Assembly: GCA_965208125.1 (NCBI GenBank) | Contig: OZ242320.1 | Span: forward strand, 2,176,001-2,240,000 | From: Candidatus Latescibacterota bacterium | GTDB lineage: Bacteria > Latescibacterota > UBA2968 | Direction: 5' to 3' | Length of the DNA stretch: 64,000 bases | The notes under the pieces: model-generated | What the model was told of the DNA's origin: nothing | Databases searched by the model: none | What the model saw: the letters and a program-made list of their open reading frames with translations, nothing else | In this document: positions 38,601 to 46,895 of the stretch, piece by piece | Layout: each line of letters starts with the position of its first letter | Numbering within the stretch: the stretch's first letter is position 1 | Position numbers and translations under genes: made by a program

Positions 38601-38913
38601 AGAGCATACCATACAGCGGGCAGTCATCTTGTGTCCTGATTCTCAAATTGGCGTGGGAAATCTCATATTGTATGATTCTCAGATCGAAGATATAACTCAG
38701 GATCACAAGCAGCGCACCTTCTCTGCTTTTCAAGACCGCGAAGTCGTGCCTTTGGAGGAATTTGAACGCCGTTATATCCTCGGTGTGCTCGAAGCCACCA
38801 ACTATCAGATAAAGGGGGCCAGAGGCGCGGCGACGCTGCTGGGATTACCGCCTTCTACACTGTATAGCAAAATGGAAAAATTGGGCATCAAAAAATTAAA
38901 TGAAATTATATAA
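35686..38913 (+). CDS. sigma54-dependent activator with N-terminal beta-propeller + Y_Y_Y domains
   Basis: Propeller blades; GETGVGK, SELFGHEKGAFTSA, LFLDEIG, WPGNVRELE, C-terminal HTH; no TM or signal peptide. Confidence 0.93.
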   Translation: MTKPLDRTGTWRTYSMADGLAGMRIEHIAEDNAGYLWFATWDNGVSRFDGDEFQNFTKQDGLIDDRTYFVSQDSQNRLWIGTENGVCWYDGADFHHLEDEGIAGRAVQFIYEDREDRIWCGGHRTMGYYDGTSFHDLITLYLKDYDKPPSPEWPQQCRGIVQDPEGHMWFGFDYLIRFDGTSFHRYEEQEGFPQRLTSYAIGQDNTGKVWVGQSGQQNKLWCYADGNFRSVQVDFEGGIRKTQSDREGRMWFCTSEEVLYQDGEGFSRFTVADGLPDPAVKAMFQDRDHQFWFATWGGVGLYDASISIFDLSAEISKAKGVSEISQIVQDRKGDIWVGSISPHFTYLSKSVFRLEDEHFEHVSTEDSSDINNCYAIYEDRDGCLWFGGRNGLFHYEGQKLKRIETIIGSGKSSVSAIAQDSQGQFIFGHWESNSGRREALFVDPLKIVYQQGEQSQTIYFEDKDKDKDPFSRIGTVISGRNGEVYFYLAYQNFSDDYKGLACWHPEDGFKFYGGEDGLIDDRVTDLLLDRNGNLWVATRSGLCCFDGSTFCTFTTEDGLPSNRIHCLLEDRQGHLWLGTDGGVAHYNGQLFQTINSPHIGPVLQILEDRDGAFYFGTVQNSLVRYRPRQIPPAVRLLQVVADQIYENLEEVISSTTDQNVTFEYKGLSFSTHPRDMLYVYRLKGYDSDWQPATRKMRAHYLDLPPGDYMFQVRAIDRDLNYSEIAQVRLSVEPDLRIEAFTDVINRQGSQKFIGHSAALRQFQSNLEKIASTDITVLILGETGVGKGLAARVLHALSANSDGPFIEVSCGALPGALIDSELFGHEKGAFTSAVSRRLGRVELAKDGTLFLDEIGDMALETQVKLLRLLEEGRFERVGSSETRMAKTRIVAATNRDLKEMVSRGDFRADLYYRLNAFLMYLPPLRERKEDIPELAEYFKTRMAAHLGKQIAPLTAEVIEVLQSYNWPGNVRELEHTIQRAVILCPDSQIGVGNLILYDSQIEDITQDHKQRTFSAFQDREVVPLEEFERRYILGVLEATNYQIKGARGAATLLGLPPSTLYSKMEKLGIKKLNEII

Positions 38914-38973
38914 TTCCCTAAAGGGATATTGCTCCGTTTCTGTGGACAGATTCCGCTATTCAGCCCGCTACTT

Positions 38974-39288
38974 TTAAACGACCGCTTGTTGCCCTTCCAC
39001 TGGTACGAAATTAATCTCAATCCTTTGATTCAATGCGATCGCGATTCTTTGAAGCATCGTAAAAGAATGCCCTTCATAATCCGCATCTTCGAGCCGTGCA
39101 ATTACGGGCTGTTTTGATCCGATCAATTTTGCCAATTCAGTCTGCGTCAAGCCCGCCATTTTTCTGGCTTCGTATATTAGACGAGCAACTTCTGCGTTGA
39201 CTGTCTCCTCTGCTATCATCTGCTGCAATTCTTCATCATCTCCTGTTACATCATCTATGATTCGATTTGCATCTCTTGTCTTAGCCAT
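38974..39288 (-). CDS. XRE-family HTH protein (HigA-like antitoxin)
   Basis: ARKMAGLTQTELA..IG..QPVIARLE.ADY.GHS..ML.RIA.AL. Confidence 0.88.
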   Translation of the reverse strand: MAKTRDANRIIDDVTGDDEELQQMIAEETVNAEVARLIYEARKMAGLTQTELAKLIGSKQPVIARLEDADYEGHSFTMLQRIAIALNQRIEINFVPVEGQQAVV

Positions 39289-39361
39289 TGGTCACGTTTC
39301 CTTCAAACAAATGCTGATCAGGATTTGCCTCAAAACTCCTCTTCCGCTCCACTGCGCGATC
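39281..39361 (-). pseudogene. 3' remnant of an upstream gene, probably a RelE/HigB-like toxin
   Basis: DRAVERKRSFEANPDQHLFEGNVTNG* overlaps the antitoxin start; the rest is absent. Confidence 0.55.
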
Positions 39362-39441
39362 TTGAGGAGCCGATAAGGTCTGCCTTTCAGGCAGATTACA
39401 ATAAGATGATATAAGTGAGGGGTGTGCATAATTCAAGCCCA

Positions 39442-39600
39442 TTAAGCATGATCATGATACCGCTCGTAGAAATCTTTTATCTTTTTTGGCGTGTTGGGTG
39501 ATTCGCATAGCCCTCGACAGATTCTCTGCAACACATCAGAGGATATATAATGACTACTACCTGAATCGTCAAGTAAGACACATTTCCCTGCAAATGCCAT
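39442..39600 (-). pseudogene. 52-aa ORF, probably an internally deleted toxin partner of the DUF4065 gene
   Basis: Manual translation MAFAGKCVLLDDSGSSHYISSDVLQRICRGLCESPNTPKKIKDFYERYHDHA; starts 14 nt after the DUF4065 stop. Confidence 0.5.
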
Positions 39601-39614
39601 TATAGTATCGTACC

Positions 39615-40229
39615 TTACTCTCTTGTATTTTCACTCATAGTCGTATTATCAATCATGTTTTCAAACGTTGCTATGGCATTAAACTCTTTTCTTATTGCGA
39701 CTAAGTCATCACCAGTCCACCCCACGGCTTTGAGCAGCTTGTCCCACTCCATCGGCGCAGAAGAGTGACCAGGGTCATCAAATTCTGGCAAAGAATGAAC
39801 ATATTTTTTTAATTCATTAAACGATTTATTTTCAAATTCTTTATATATCTCACGTATTAAATTCATCTCAAATTGGGATAATTCTCCGTCACCTATATCA
39901 TTATTGAGTGACCTGATAATGTTTTTTTTCGGAAGCGAAAAAGACCGAGACCAATACTCCCCGTCCCACGGATTCCAAATCAAATGATAAGTATGACTCG
40001 GTGTAGGTCCCAATGGAAGGTTATAGGGCCGGTCAAACGTCACGGGATGGCCCCTGCGTTTCAACGACTCTCTATCAATAAGATAAATTAGCTTAATTAG
40101 CTTATACAGATCAATTTTACCACCACTATACTTTACTAATAACACTGCAATTTGAGTCGTTTTATGCTCTTTGAATCGAGGGACAGCCATCTCTGAAACT
40201 GATTCCTCGGTAAAAATGGGAGGCTTCAT
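39615..40229 (-). CDS. Panacea (DUF4065/SocA-like) antitoxin domain protein
   Basis: KLIKLIYLIDRESL...G.P.T.D....LPLGP; LS..E...I; VH.LPE. Start could be 40190. Confidence 0.85.
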   Translation of the reverse strand: MKPPIFTEESVSEMAVPRFKEHKTTQIAVLLVKYSGGKIDLYKLIKLIYLIDRESLKRRGHPVTFDRPYNLPLGPTPSHTYHLIWNPWDGEYWSRSFSLPKKNIIRSLNNDIGDGELSQFEMNLIREIYKEFENKSFNELKKYVHSLPEFDDPGHSSAPMEWDKLLKAVGWTGDDLVAIRKEFNAIATFENMIDNTTMSENTRE

Positions 40230-40412
40230 GGTATTGTCCGAGATTATGGTTTGATTTGCAGGTTGTTGTGTTATTGCGATTTGTTTTGATAAAATATCAT
40301 ATCTCAAATTTTATGCAAGCCTTTAAGCATTTTTTGCATAGTGGATCAGTTGGGCTACCAGAATAATAAAAAACGCGTCGGTTTTTCCGGCGGGCATTGT
40401 TTGTTCTGTTTG

Positions 40413-40440
40413 CGGGCGGGCACGGGGGCACCGCCCCTAC
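40413..40440 (-). repeat. GTAG-type REP
   Basis: cgggcgggcacgggggcaccgcccctac at the serS stop. Confidence 0.7.
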
Positions 40441-41723
40441 TAATCCATGGGTTCAAAAATTTCTTTTCCCCCCAGATAGGGGCGCAGGATTTCGGGGATG
40501 GTGACGCTGCCATCACTATTTTGATTTTGTTCGACGATTGCGGGGATGATGCGGCTGGTCGCCAGGCCCGAGGCGTTGAGGGTGTGTACGAGTTCGTTTT
40601 TGCCGGTTTCTGTGCGTTTGAATCTGATGCTGCCGCGTCTGGCCTGGTAGTCGCTTGCATTGGATGCGGAGCTGACTTCTTTGTATTCGTTCATGCTGGG
40701 GATCCAGACTTCGATGTCATAGGTTTTGGCCATGGATGCGCTGACGTCTTTTGCGGCGAGCATGGAGACGCGGTGATGCAGGCCCAGGCCCCGGGTGAGT
40801 TGTTCGGCTTTGTGGATGAGTTCTTCAAGCGCGTCTTCGGAGTCTTCGGGACGGGTGAATTGGAACATTTCGATTTTGTTGAATTGGTGCCCGCGAATCA
40901 TGCCCCTTTCCTGCGCCCGATAGCTGCCGGCTTCTTTGCGATAACAGGGGGTGTAGGAGAAGAATTTTTTGGGCAGGTCTGTTTCGGGGATGATTTCGTC
41001 CCGGTAGAAGTTGATTAAGGCGGTTTCGGAGGTGGGCAAGAGGAATTGCACTTTGTCGTCGCCCGTTTTGAGGTGGAATACGTCGTCGGCAAATTTGGGA
41101 AATTGCCCGGCGGTGAAGCCACATGCTTCGTTGAGTATGTGTGGGGGGAGTACAAATTCGTATCCGTCGTCAATGTGGCTGTCGATGAAGTAGTTGAGCA
41201 ATGCCCATTCGAGGCGTGCGCCGTCGCCGATGTAAAGCCAGAAGCCGGTTCCGCCCATTTTGACGCCGCGTTCGTAGTCGATCAGGCGAAGATGGGTGAC
41301 GAGTTCGACGTGGTCCTGGGGATCAAAATCGGGTTCGGGTTTTTCGCCCCATGTGCGTACGACGCGGTTGTTTTCTTTGTCTCCGGGGGGTACGTCGTCT
41401 GCGGGTATGTTGGGAAGGCTTTCGACGAATGTGTGGATGTTTTGCTCGATTGCCGCGAGTTCGGTTTCAATGGTTTTGATGCGGGTCGAGACGTCGCGCA
41501 TTTCTGTTTGTATCTGGGCGATGTCTCCGCCCGCTTTTTTTATTTGGGGGATTTGGGCAGAGACGCTGTTGCGTTTTGCACGCAGTTGTCCGGCTTCTGC
41601 GATGTATGCGCGGCGTTTTTCATCCCAGATGAGCAGGTCTGTGAAGTCGATGTCGTCCATGCGTTTTTGCAATGCCCGGGTGACCTGTTCGGGGTTTTTG
41701 CGAATGAGATTGATGTCGAGCAT
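40440..41723 (-). CDS. serS: serine--tRNA ligase
   Basis: MLDINLIR, LPNIP, LLPTSE, YRKEAGS, RGHQF.K.E, EVSSASN, HTLNASGLA. Confidence 0.97.
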   Translation of the reverse strand: MLDINLIRKNPEQVTRALQKRMDDIDFTDLLIWDEKRRAYIAEAGQLRAKRNSVSAQIPQIKKAGGDIAQIQTEMRDVSTRIKTIETELAAIEQNIHTFVESLPNIPADDVPPGDKENNRVVRTWGEKPEPDFDPQDHVELVTHLRLIDYERGVKMGGTGFWLYIGDGARLEWALLNYFIDSHIDDGYEFVLPPHILNEACGFTAGQFPKFADDVFHLKTGDDKVQFLLPTSETALINFYRDEIIPETDLPKKFFSYTPCYRKEAGSYRAQERGMIRGHQFNKIEMFQFTRPEDSEDALEELIHKAEQLTRGLGLHHRVSMLAAKDVSASMAKTYDIEVWIPSMNEYKEVSSASNASDYQARRGSIRFKRTETGKNELVHTLNASGLATSRIIPAIVEQNQNSDGSVTIPEILRPYLGGKEIFEPMD

Positions 41724-41784
41724 GAAGGATTACTCCTGAAATGAAGCGGTTAGCAATCAGCAAAACCCGTGCTGTGCCTGAAAG

Positions 41785-41818
41785 CCGTCATTGCGGCAGG
41801 GTTTTAGCCGCAATCCAG
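41785..41818 (+). repeat. CGTC-type REP
   Basis: ccgtcattgcggc-agggtttta-gccgcaatccag. Confidence 0.85.
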
Positions 41819-41980
41819 TGAAATAGAAAAAAATGTGCCAATTTGTTAGTCGATATGTGGTCTTTTTGACCATCATGTTCCATTTTTAACACATGAAATT
41901 TTGCAGACAGAAATGAACATTTTTTAATAAGTTGCTATAAATCAGTTAATTAAGAAAATTTTTTTAAAAAACGAAAAAAA

Positions 41981-41996
41981 TGGCACCGAATTTGCT
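41981..41996 (+). promoter_or_regulatory. sigma54 (-24/-12) promoter
   Basis: TGGCACCGAATTTGCT = GG-N10-GC consensus; upstream AT tract with an IHF-like aatcagttaatta. Confidence 0.8.
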
Positions 41997-42059
41997 TATG
42001 AATAAAGATACCAGAATACTGTCATAAGTTACAAGCACCGCAAAAGAAAGGATAGAACG

Positions 42060-42212
42060 ATGTACATTGATGCGGAAAAACGCGACCAGATGGCTTATCG
42101 CGCGCTGTATTATGCCATTCACGGTGATGTTGACCGATCTGAAAAGATTCGGATAATGCTGCGCCGAGATCACGAGACACAGGAACGGGTTCCTGTGCCC
42201 GAATTTGCCTGA
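42060..42212 (+). CDS. small protein (50 aa), unknown function
   Basis: Not in ORF track. AAAGGA RBS; MYIDAEKRDQMAYRALYYAIHGDVDRSEKIRIMLRRDHETQERVPVPEFA; lies between the sigma54 promoter and a terminator. Confidence 0.7.
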   Translation: MYIDAEKRDQMAYRALYYAIHGDVDRSEKIRIMLRRDHETQERVPVPEFA

Positions 42213-42286
42213 AGAAGGTGAGACGTGAGATGTAGCTCCCCCTCTTATTTTTACGTCTTACGTCTTACCTTGCCGTGCTAAAAACT

Positions 42287-42318
42287 GACACTGGGCTTTT
42301 AACCCGGTGTCTTTTTTT
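42287..42318 (+). terminator. intrinsic terminator
   Basis: gacactggg..cccggtgtc followed by T7. Confidence 0.8.
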
Positions 42319-43246
42319 ATTCCAAAATTTTTCGAATGTTGAATTTTTCATTGGGCTGTGGACCCCGGGTCAACATGTCGGCGAGCAGGCCCGTGCAGAT
42401 AAATTGCACGCCGAGTACGGTCAGGAAAACTCCGAGCATGAGCAGGGGATACCGGTATTGAATGGTGCCGGTTTGGAACCAGAGAGATGCGATGTATGCG
42501 TTGATGAGCATGCCTGCGATGCCAAATATGAGGCCCACGGTGCCAAAGAGGTGGAGTGGCCGGCCCATGTATTTTCCGATGTACATGACGGTGAGGAGGT
42601 CAAAAAAGCCTTTGAGCAGGCGCCCCCAGCCATATTTGGTTACGCCGTATTGCCGCGGGTGGTGCTGAACGGGAATTTCACCGATGCGGTACCCTTCCAG
42701 GTGGGCGAGTACGGGGATGTAGCGGTGGAGTTCGCCGAGTATGCGTATGTCTTTTGCGACTTCGCTGCGATAGGCTTTGAGGCCGCAGTTAAAGTCGTGT
42801 ATGTCAATGCCCGATACAAATCCCGTGACCCAGTTGAAAAATTTGGAGGGTATGGTTTTGCCCAGTGGGTCAAAGCGCTTTTTCTTCCATCCGGAGACGA
42901 GGTCATAACCTTCTTCGATTTTTGATAGGAGGTTGGGGATTTCTGCCGGGTCGTCTTGCAGATCGGCGTCCATGGTGATGATGTATGTGCCGCGTGCGTG
43001 TTGAAATCCGGCGGTATAAGCAGCGGCTTTGCCAAAGTTGCGCCGAAATTGGATGATTTTGACTTCGGGATAGGTGTTGTGCAGGTCTTCCAATACGGCG
43101 ATGGAACCGTCGGTGCTGCCGTCGTCGATGAAGATGACTTCGTAGGTGCGATCCTGGGTAGAGAGTACGCCGCGGATTTGTTCCATGAGCGGGCGCAGGC
43201 TTTCCTCTTCGTTGAGCAGGGGTATGACGAGGCTGAGGTCGGGCAT
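42317..43246 (-). CDS. GT2 polyprenol-phosphate glycosyltransferase (ArnC/GtrB-like)
   Basis: IDDGSTD, RNFGK, MDADLQDDP, two C-terminal TMs. Confidence 0.93.
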   Translation of the reverse strand: MPDLSLVIPLLNEEESLRPLMEQIRGVLSTQDRTYEVIFIDDGSTDGSIAVLEDLHNTYPEVKIIQFRRNFGKAAAYTAGFQHARGTYIITMDADLQDDPAEIPNLLSKIEEGYDLVSGWKKKRFDPLGKTIPSKFFNWVTGFVSGIDIHDFNCGLKAYRSEVAKDIRILGELHRYIPVLAHLEGYRIGEIPVQHHPRQYGVTKYGWGRLLKGFFDLLTVMYIGKYMGRPLHLFGTVGLIFGIAGMLINAYIASLWFQTGTIQYRYPLLMLGVFLTVLGVQFICTGLLADMLTRGPQPNEKFNIRKILE

Positions 43247-43331
43247 GGGTATGTGTTGTTGAGGTTAGAAGATGAAAATTAGACACAAAGATAGCAAAGC
43301 GCGCGTTTTTTGACAAATGCGAATGGGGTGG

Positions 43332-44987
43332 TCATTCGAATTTTAAGACGTACGTATCGGGATTGCGTATGATGTGGAGGAGTTCAAATCGGTTTCTATG
43401 TGCCTGGATGGCGGGGACGAGAAATTCGGGTGTGGAGCGAAATCCGAGCTGGTCAACAACGACGATGCTGATGCGCTTTTTTTCAAAGTCGGCGATTACC
43501 TCATCCGGTGCTTTCCAGACGTAGCCCGCGGCTTTGCGGTTGGTGATGGCGTTCATGAGATAGGGTTTGCGACAGATGATTTTGACATCGGGTTCGGTGT
43601 TGTTTTTGATCCATTCTGCTGCGACAAAGTAATTGTCCCAGTTGGGGGGCAACCATCCGATGCGTTGGGAGAGGGCGTGGGTTGCAAAGATGTTTGAGCC
43701 GAGGAGAAAGAGAAAGAAGAGTACGACACCCGCGCGCGATGCGGTTTTTTTTAGTGCTCTGGCGAGGAGTTGGAGGAGTTCGTCCATGCTGGTGAGGATG
43801 GCGTAGAAGAAGATGGGGATGGCGGGGACGAGAAAGCGCGTGTCGGACCAGACCTGGGGCCAGAGGATGTAGAGGCCCAGATAGCAGGTGAGATATACGA
43901 TGAGTAAGTGCCGTTTCAGGAGTCCGGCGATCAGGGCGTAGAGGATTATGCCGGAGAAGACGAGGCCGACGAAGTATGTGCTGAATCCGGGGTCCGTACT
44001 GGATGTAAATGTGGGTACAAATATTTGTGGGATGACGTGCAGGCCGTAGATTTCGAGATTTTCGAGGATGCGTTCAATCAGGGTGGCGAATGTGAGTGCG
44101 CCTTCTTCCGGGCGGTAGGGGTTTATGCTGAGGAGTTGTTGGATGTAGGGCGTGCCGCCGAGTGATGCGTTGCGGATTTGCCACGGGAGGGCGAGGAGGA
44201 GGCTGCCTATGGCGATGATGCCGGTTTCTTTCCATTTTTTGTGCAGGGCAAAGAAGAGTATGCCGGTGCCGACGAGGATGATGCCCGCGCTGCGGATGTA
44301 GTAGGCAGCGATTATGGCGATAATTGCAAAAAGGATCCACAAAGGACACGCACAGGCGAAGCCTACAACGCCGCGAAGCAAGTAACAAACACGAAGAAGA
44401 AAGGCTTTTACCCCCTTCGTGTTCTTGGTGTCCTTCGTGGATGAGCCGTTGTGTGCGCGGTGAAGAAGGAGGAGCGCTATGAGAGAGCACAGGAGAAAGG
44501 GTATTTCGGACATGACCTGGTGCGAATAATCCAACAGGTGAGGCGAGGCGAGGCATAGCGCGCTTACGCCGAGTGCCATGGGGGGAGCGGCAAACTCGCG
44601 GATGAGGAGATAGGTGAGTGGGATTGAGATGGCGTAGAGGAGGACGACGAGGCTTTTGAGTGCGATGAGGTTGCCGGGGAAGATGATGTGGACTATGGCG
44701 AGGAGGAGCGGAAATCCAAAGGGGTATTTGGTGTGTGGGATGGGTTCGCCTTCGATGGTTTCCGAGAGGCCGTATCCATCTGCAAGAGATCGGCCCAGGT
44801 TGATGAATTGGGCATTGTCGCCGGTGAGGGAGAGATTGGCGTCAAAGAGGAGTATGCCCATGAGCAATCCGCACAGGCCGAGTGCGGGGAGAAAATAGGG
44901 TTTGCGCTCGTGCTGCGCGAGGTTGAAGGATGGAGAGGATGCCTTTGGGGGTTCTGTTTTTCGACGTTTTCGGCGTTTTTTGCTCAT
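43332..44987 (-). CDS. GT-C fold membrane glycosyltransferase (ArnT/PMT-like)
   Basis: GDNAQF..LG.SL, YPFGFP, MSE.PF, R..G, RFL.P; many TMs. Confidence 0.82.
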   Translation of the reverse strand: MSKKRRKRRKTEPPKASSPSFNLAQHERKPYFLPALGLCGLLMGILLFDANLSLTGDNAQFINLGRSLADGYGLSETIEGEPIPHTKYPFGFPLLLAIVHIIFPGNLIALKSLVVLLYAISIPLTYLLIREFAAPPMALGVSALCLASPHLLDYSHQVMSEIPFLLCSLIALLLLHRAHNGSSTKDTKNTKGVKAFLLRVCYLLRGVVGFACACPLWILFAIIAIIAAYYIRSAGIILVGTGILFFALHKKWKETGIIAIGSLLLALPWQIRNASLGGTPYIQQLLSINPYRPEEGALTFATLIERILENLEIYGLHVIPQIFVPTFTSSTDPGFSTYFVGLVFSGIILYALIAGLLKRHLLIVYLTCYLGLYILWPQVWSDTRFLVPAIPIFFYAILTSMDELLQLLARALKKTASRAGVVLFFLFLLGSNIFATHALSQRIGWLPPNWDNYFVAAEWIKNNTEPDVKIICRKPYLMNAITNRKAAGYVWKAPDEVIADFEKKRISIVVVDQLGFRSTPEFLVPAIQAHRNRFELLHIIRNPDTYVLKFE

Positions 44988-45001
44988 GATATAAGTCCGA
45001 A

Positions 45002-46750
45002 CTATTGGGGCTGGAATTTCAATTTTGGTGCGCCGCGCATTTCGGGATTCGCCAAAAGTCTTTCTAATACGGTCTTCGCATTGGCATATTCTGGATTGAT
45101 AGATAGGGCTTGCCTGTATGCCGATATCGCGTCCTCAATTTTTCCCTGTGTTTGGAAGAGGACGCCCAATATAAAATAATTCTGTTCATTTTTGGAATCT
45201 GTTTTTACAATCAGGCGAAAAAACTGAATCGCTGCGTCAATATCGCCGCGTTCATAAAGCTCGATTCCTACTTTTTTTATATAACTGACATATGCCGGAT
45301 TTCTTTTGGCTACAACTGAAAATACCTGAACTGACTCCGAAAATCGATTCTGCAAGTATAGAACATGGCCATAATTTAAAAAGCCTTTATCATTTTCAGG
45401 CCACATTCGTATTGTCTCCTGAAACATTTGAAGAGCCTTATCGAGGTAGCCAACTTTTACATAAGCTATCCCCAAATTATTTGTCAAGAGCGCATTTTTT
45501 ATATCGTATTCTGATAGAATACGCTCATAATATGTGATCGCTGTTTCAGGATCATTTTTATGTTTGGAGCTCTCATGAAAATTTGCAGCCTGCAATAGGT
45601 AGTGCCCTTCGTAAATTTTCATTTTTCGCAAACTGAAAATTGTAAGACCTGCAATGATCAGCGAAAAACAGGCGATTTTTAAGCGTGAACTTAAGGGAAT
45701 AATAGAAAAGAGATAGAGTAAAAAGACAGCGAGAACAGTTGCCCCGCCTATCGCAGGACAATACCAATATCGAGGGAAGTAGGAGTAATTATCCCATAAT
45801 GTATATGGCAAAATTGTCACGAGAATCCAGACAGAGGCAAAACAAATGGTTTTGGACCGATAGGCAGCATATCCCAATCCAATCAGGATTATCAGTCCCG
45901 CTACTGCATACCAATTGAAATAGGCTCTCGGGACATCAAAAGGCGCACCGGACTCCCAGCCGAATGGTGTAAAGCTCCAATTTAAAAAAAGTCGTCCTAT
46001 AAAAAAAGCGAAGTTATAGGGTATGTGTAAACCCAGACGATAGATTTCTTGATTTGATGGGAGATTCTGGTAATAGATTTCATTGATTAAAAACATCAGG
46101 GCAGCAACAACGAGAAAGGGCAATAGAACAGTGACGTCCTTAAAACGCGGCTTTGTTTTTTGTTGAAACCACATAAAAAGAATAATTGCAAAAATAACGC
46201 CCAATGATTCGTAACTAAAAATTGTCGCTGCATAGGCAAAAGAAGCGATAATGAGATGAACTTTGCGGTTGGATGCCAGATATTTTGCAAAAAAGAGAAC
46301 AGATGTCATGGCAAAGCCAGTTCCCAAAAGTGCGGCACTGGCTGATACCCAATAGATTGCTTCATAGTGCGTTGTGTTGATCGCAAATAAAAATCCACCC
46401 AGAGCCGCGAGCTTTGGGCAAGAAAAGAGCGTCAGTAAGAGCCGGGCACACAGCAGGCTGTTGAGAACGTGAAATAAGATGTTGAGAATATGATACCCTG
46501 TTGGATCTTCACCAAAGACCTTGTAAGCTGCATAAAAATAGAAGGATAAGACAAACCGTAGCCGCAGTGCCGTTTTTTCAGGTGAAAAAATAGCAGTTAT
46601 GTTTTCCTGTGCGTTCTTTGCTTTTTCAATATGATCAAAGTCATCATAAGACCAGGGGTGATTGCGCAGTCCTGCGAAACCAATTCCACAAAGGCAAGTT
46701 ATACACAGAATGTAGATCAACAGATAACGAGTTGGTACTCTGTCACGCAT
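45002..46750 (-). CDS. GT-C-like membrane protein with C-terminal TPRs (TMTC-like), low GC
   Basis: YDD, YH..N.L.H..N, H.EAI.W, YES, RY.Y.P; TPR motifs such as NNLG..Y and AL.INP. Confidence 0.8.
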   Translation of the reverse strand: MRDRVPTRYLLIYILCITCLCGIGFAGLRNHPWSYDDFDHIEKAKNAQENITAIFSPEKTALRLRFVLSFYFYAAYKVFGEDPTGYHILNILFHVLNSLLCARLLLTLFSCPKLAALGGFLFAINTTHYEAIYWVSASAALLGTGFAMTSVLFFAKYLASNRKVHLIIASFAYAATIFSYESLGVIFAIILFMWFQQKTKPRFKDVTVLLPFLVVAALMFLINEIYYQNLPSNQEIYRLGLHIPYNFAFFIGRLFLNWSFTPFGWESGAPFDVPRAYFNWYAVAGLIILIGLGYAAYRSKTICFASVWILVTILPYTLWDNYSYFPRYWYCPAIGGATVLAVFLLYLFSIIPLSSRLKIACFSLIIAGLTIFSLRKMKIYEGHYLLQAANFHESSKHKNDPETAITYYERILSEYDIKNALLTNNLGIAYVKVGYLDKALQMFQETIRMWPENDKGFLNYGHVLYLQNRFSESVQVFSVVAKRNPAYVSYIKKVGIELYERGDIDAAIQFFRLIVKTDSKNEQNYFILGVLFQTQGKIEDAISAYRQALSINPEYANAKTVLERLLANPEMRGAPKLKFQPQ

Positions 46751-46895
46751 TAAAAGTTTCCAATTGGTTTAACCAGAGCGCGATTGTCGATAGGGTTGAC
46801 AGAATCAATTTACGCATGGTATGTTTCTGGTGCTCAATAATATAACACAATTTTGCCTAAAATTGTTCGCGCGATTGAAAAAGGAGAATTCCGTT

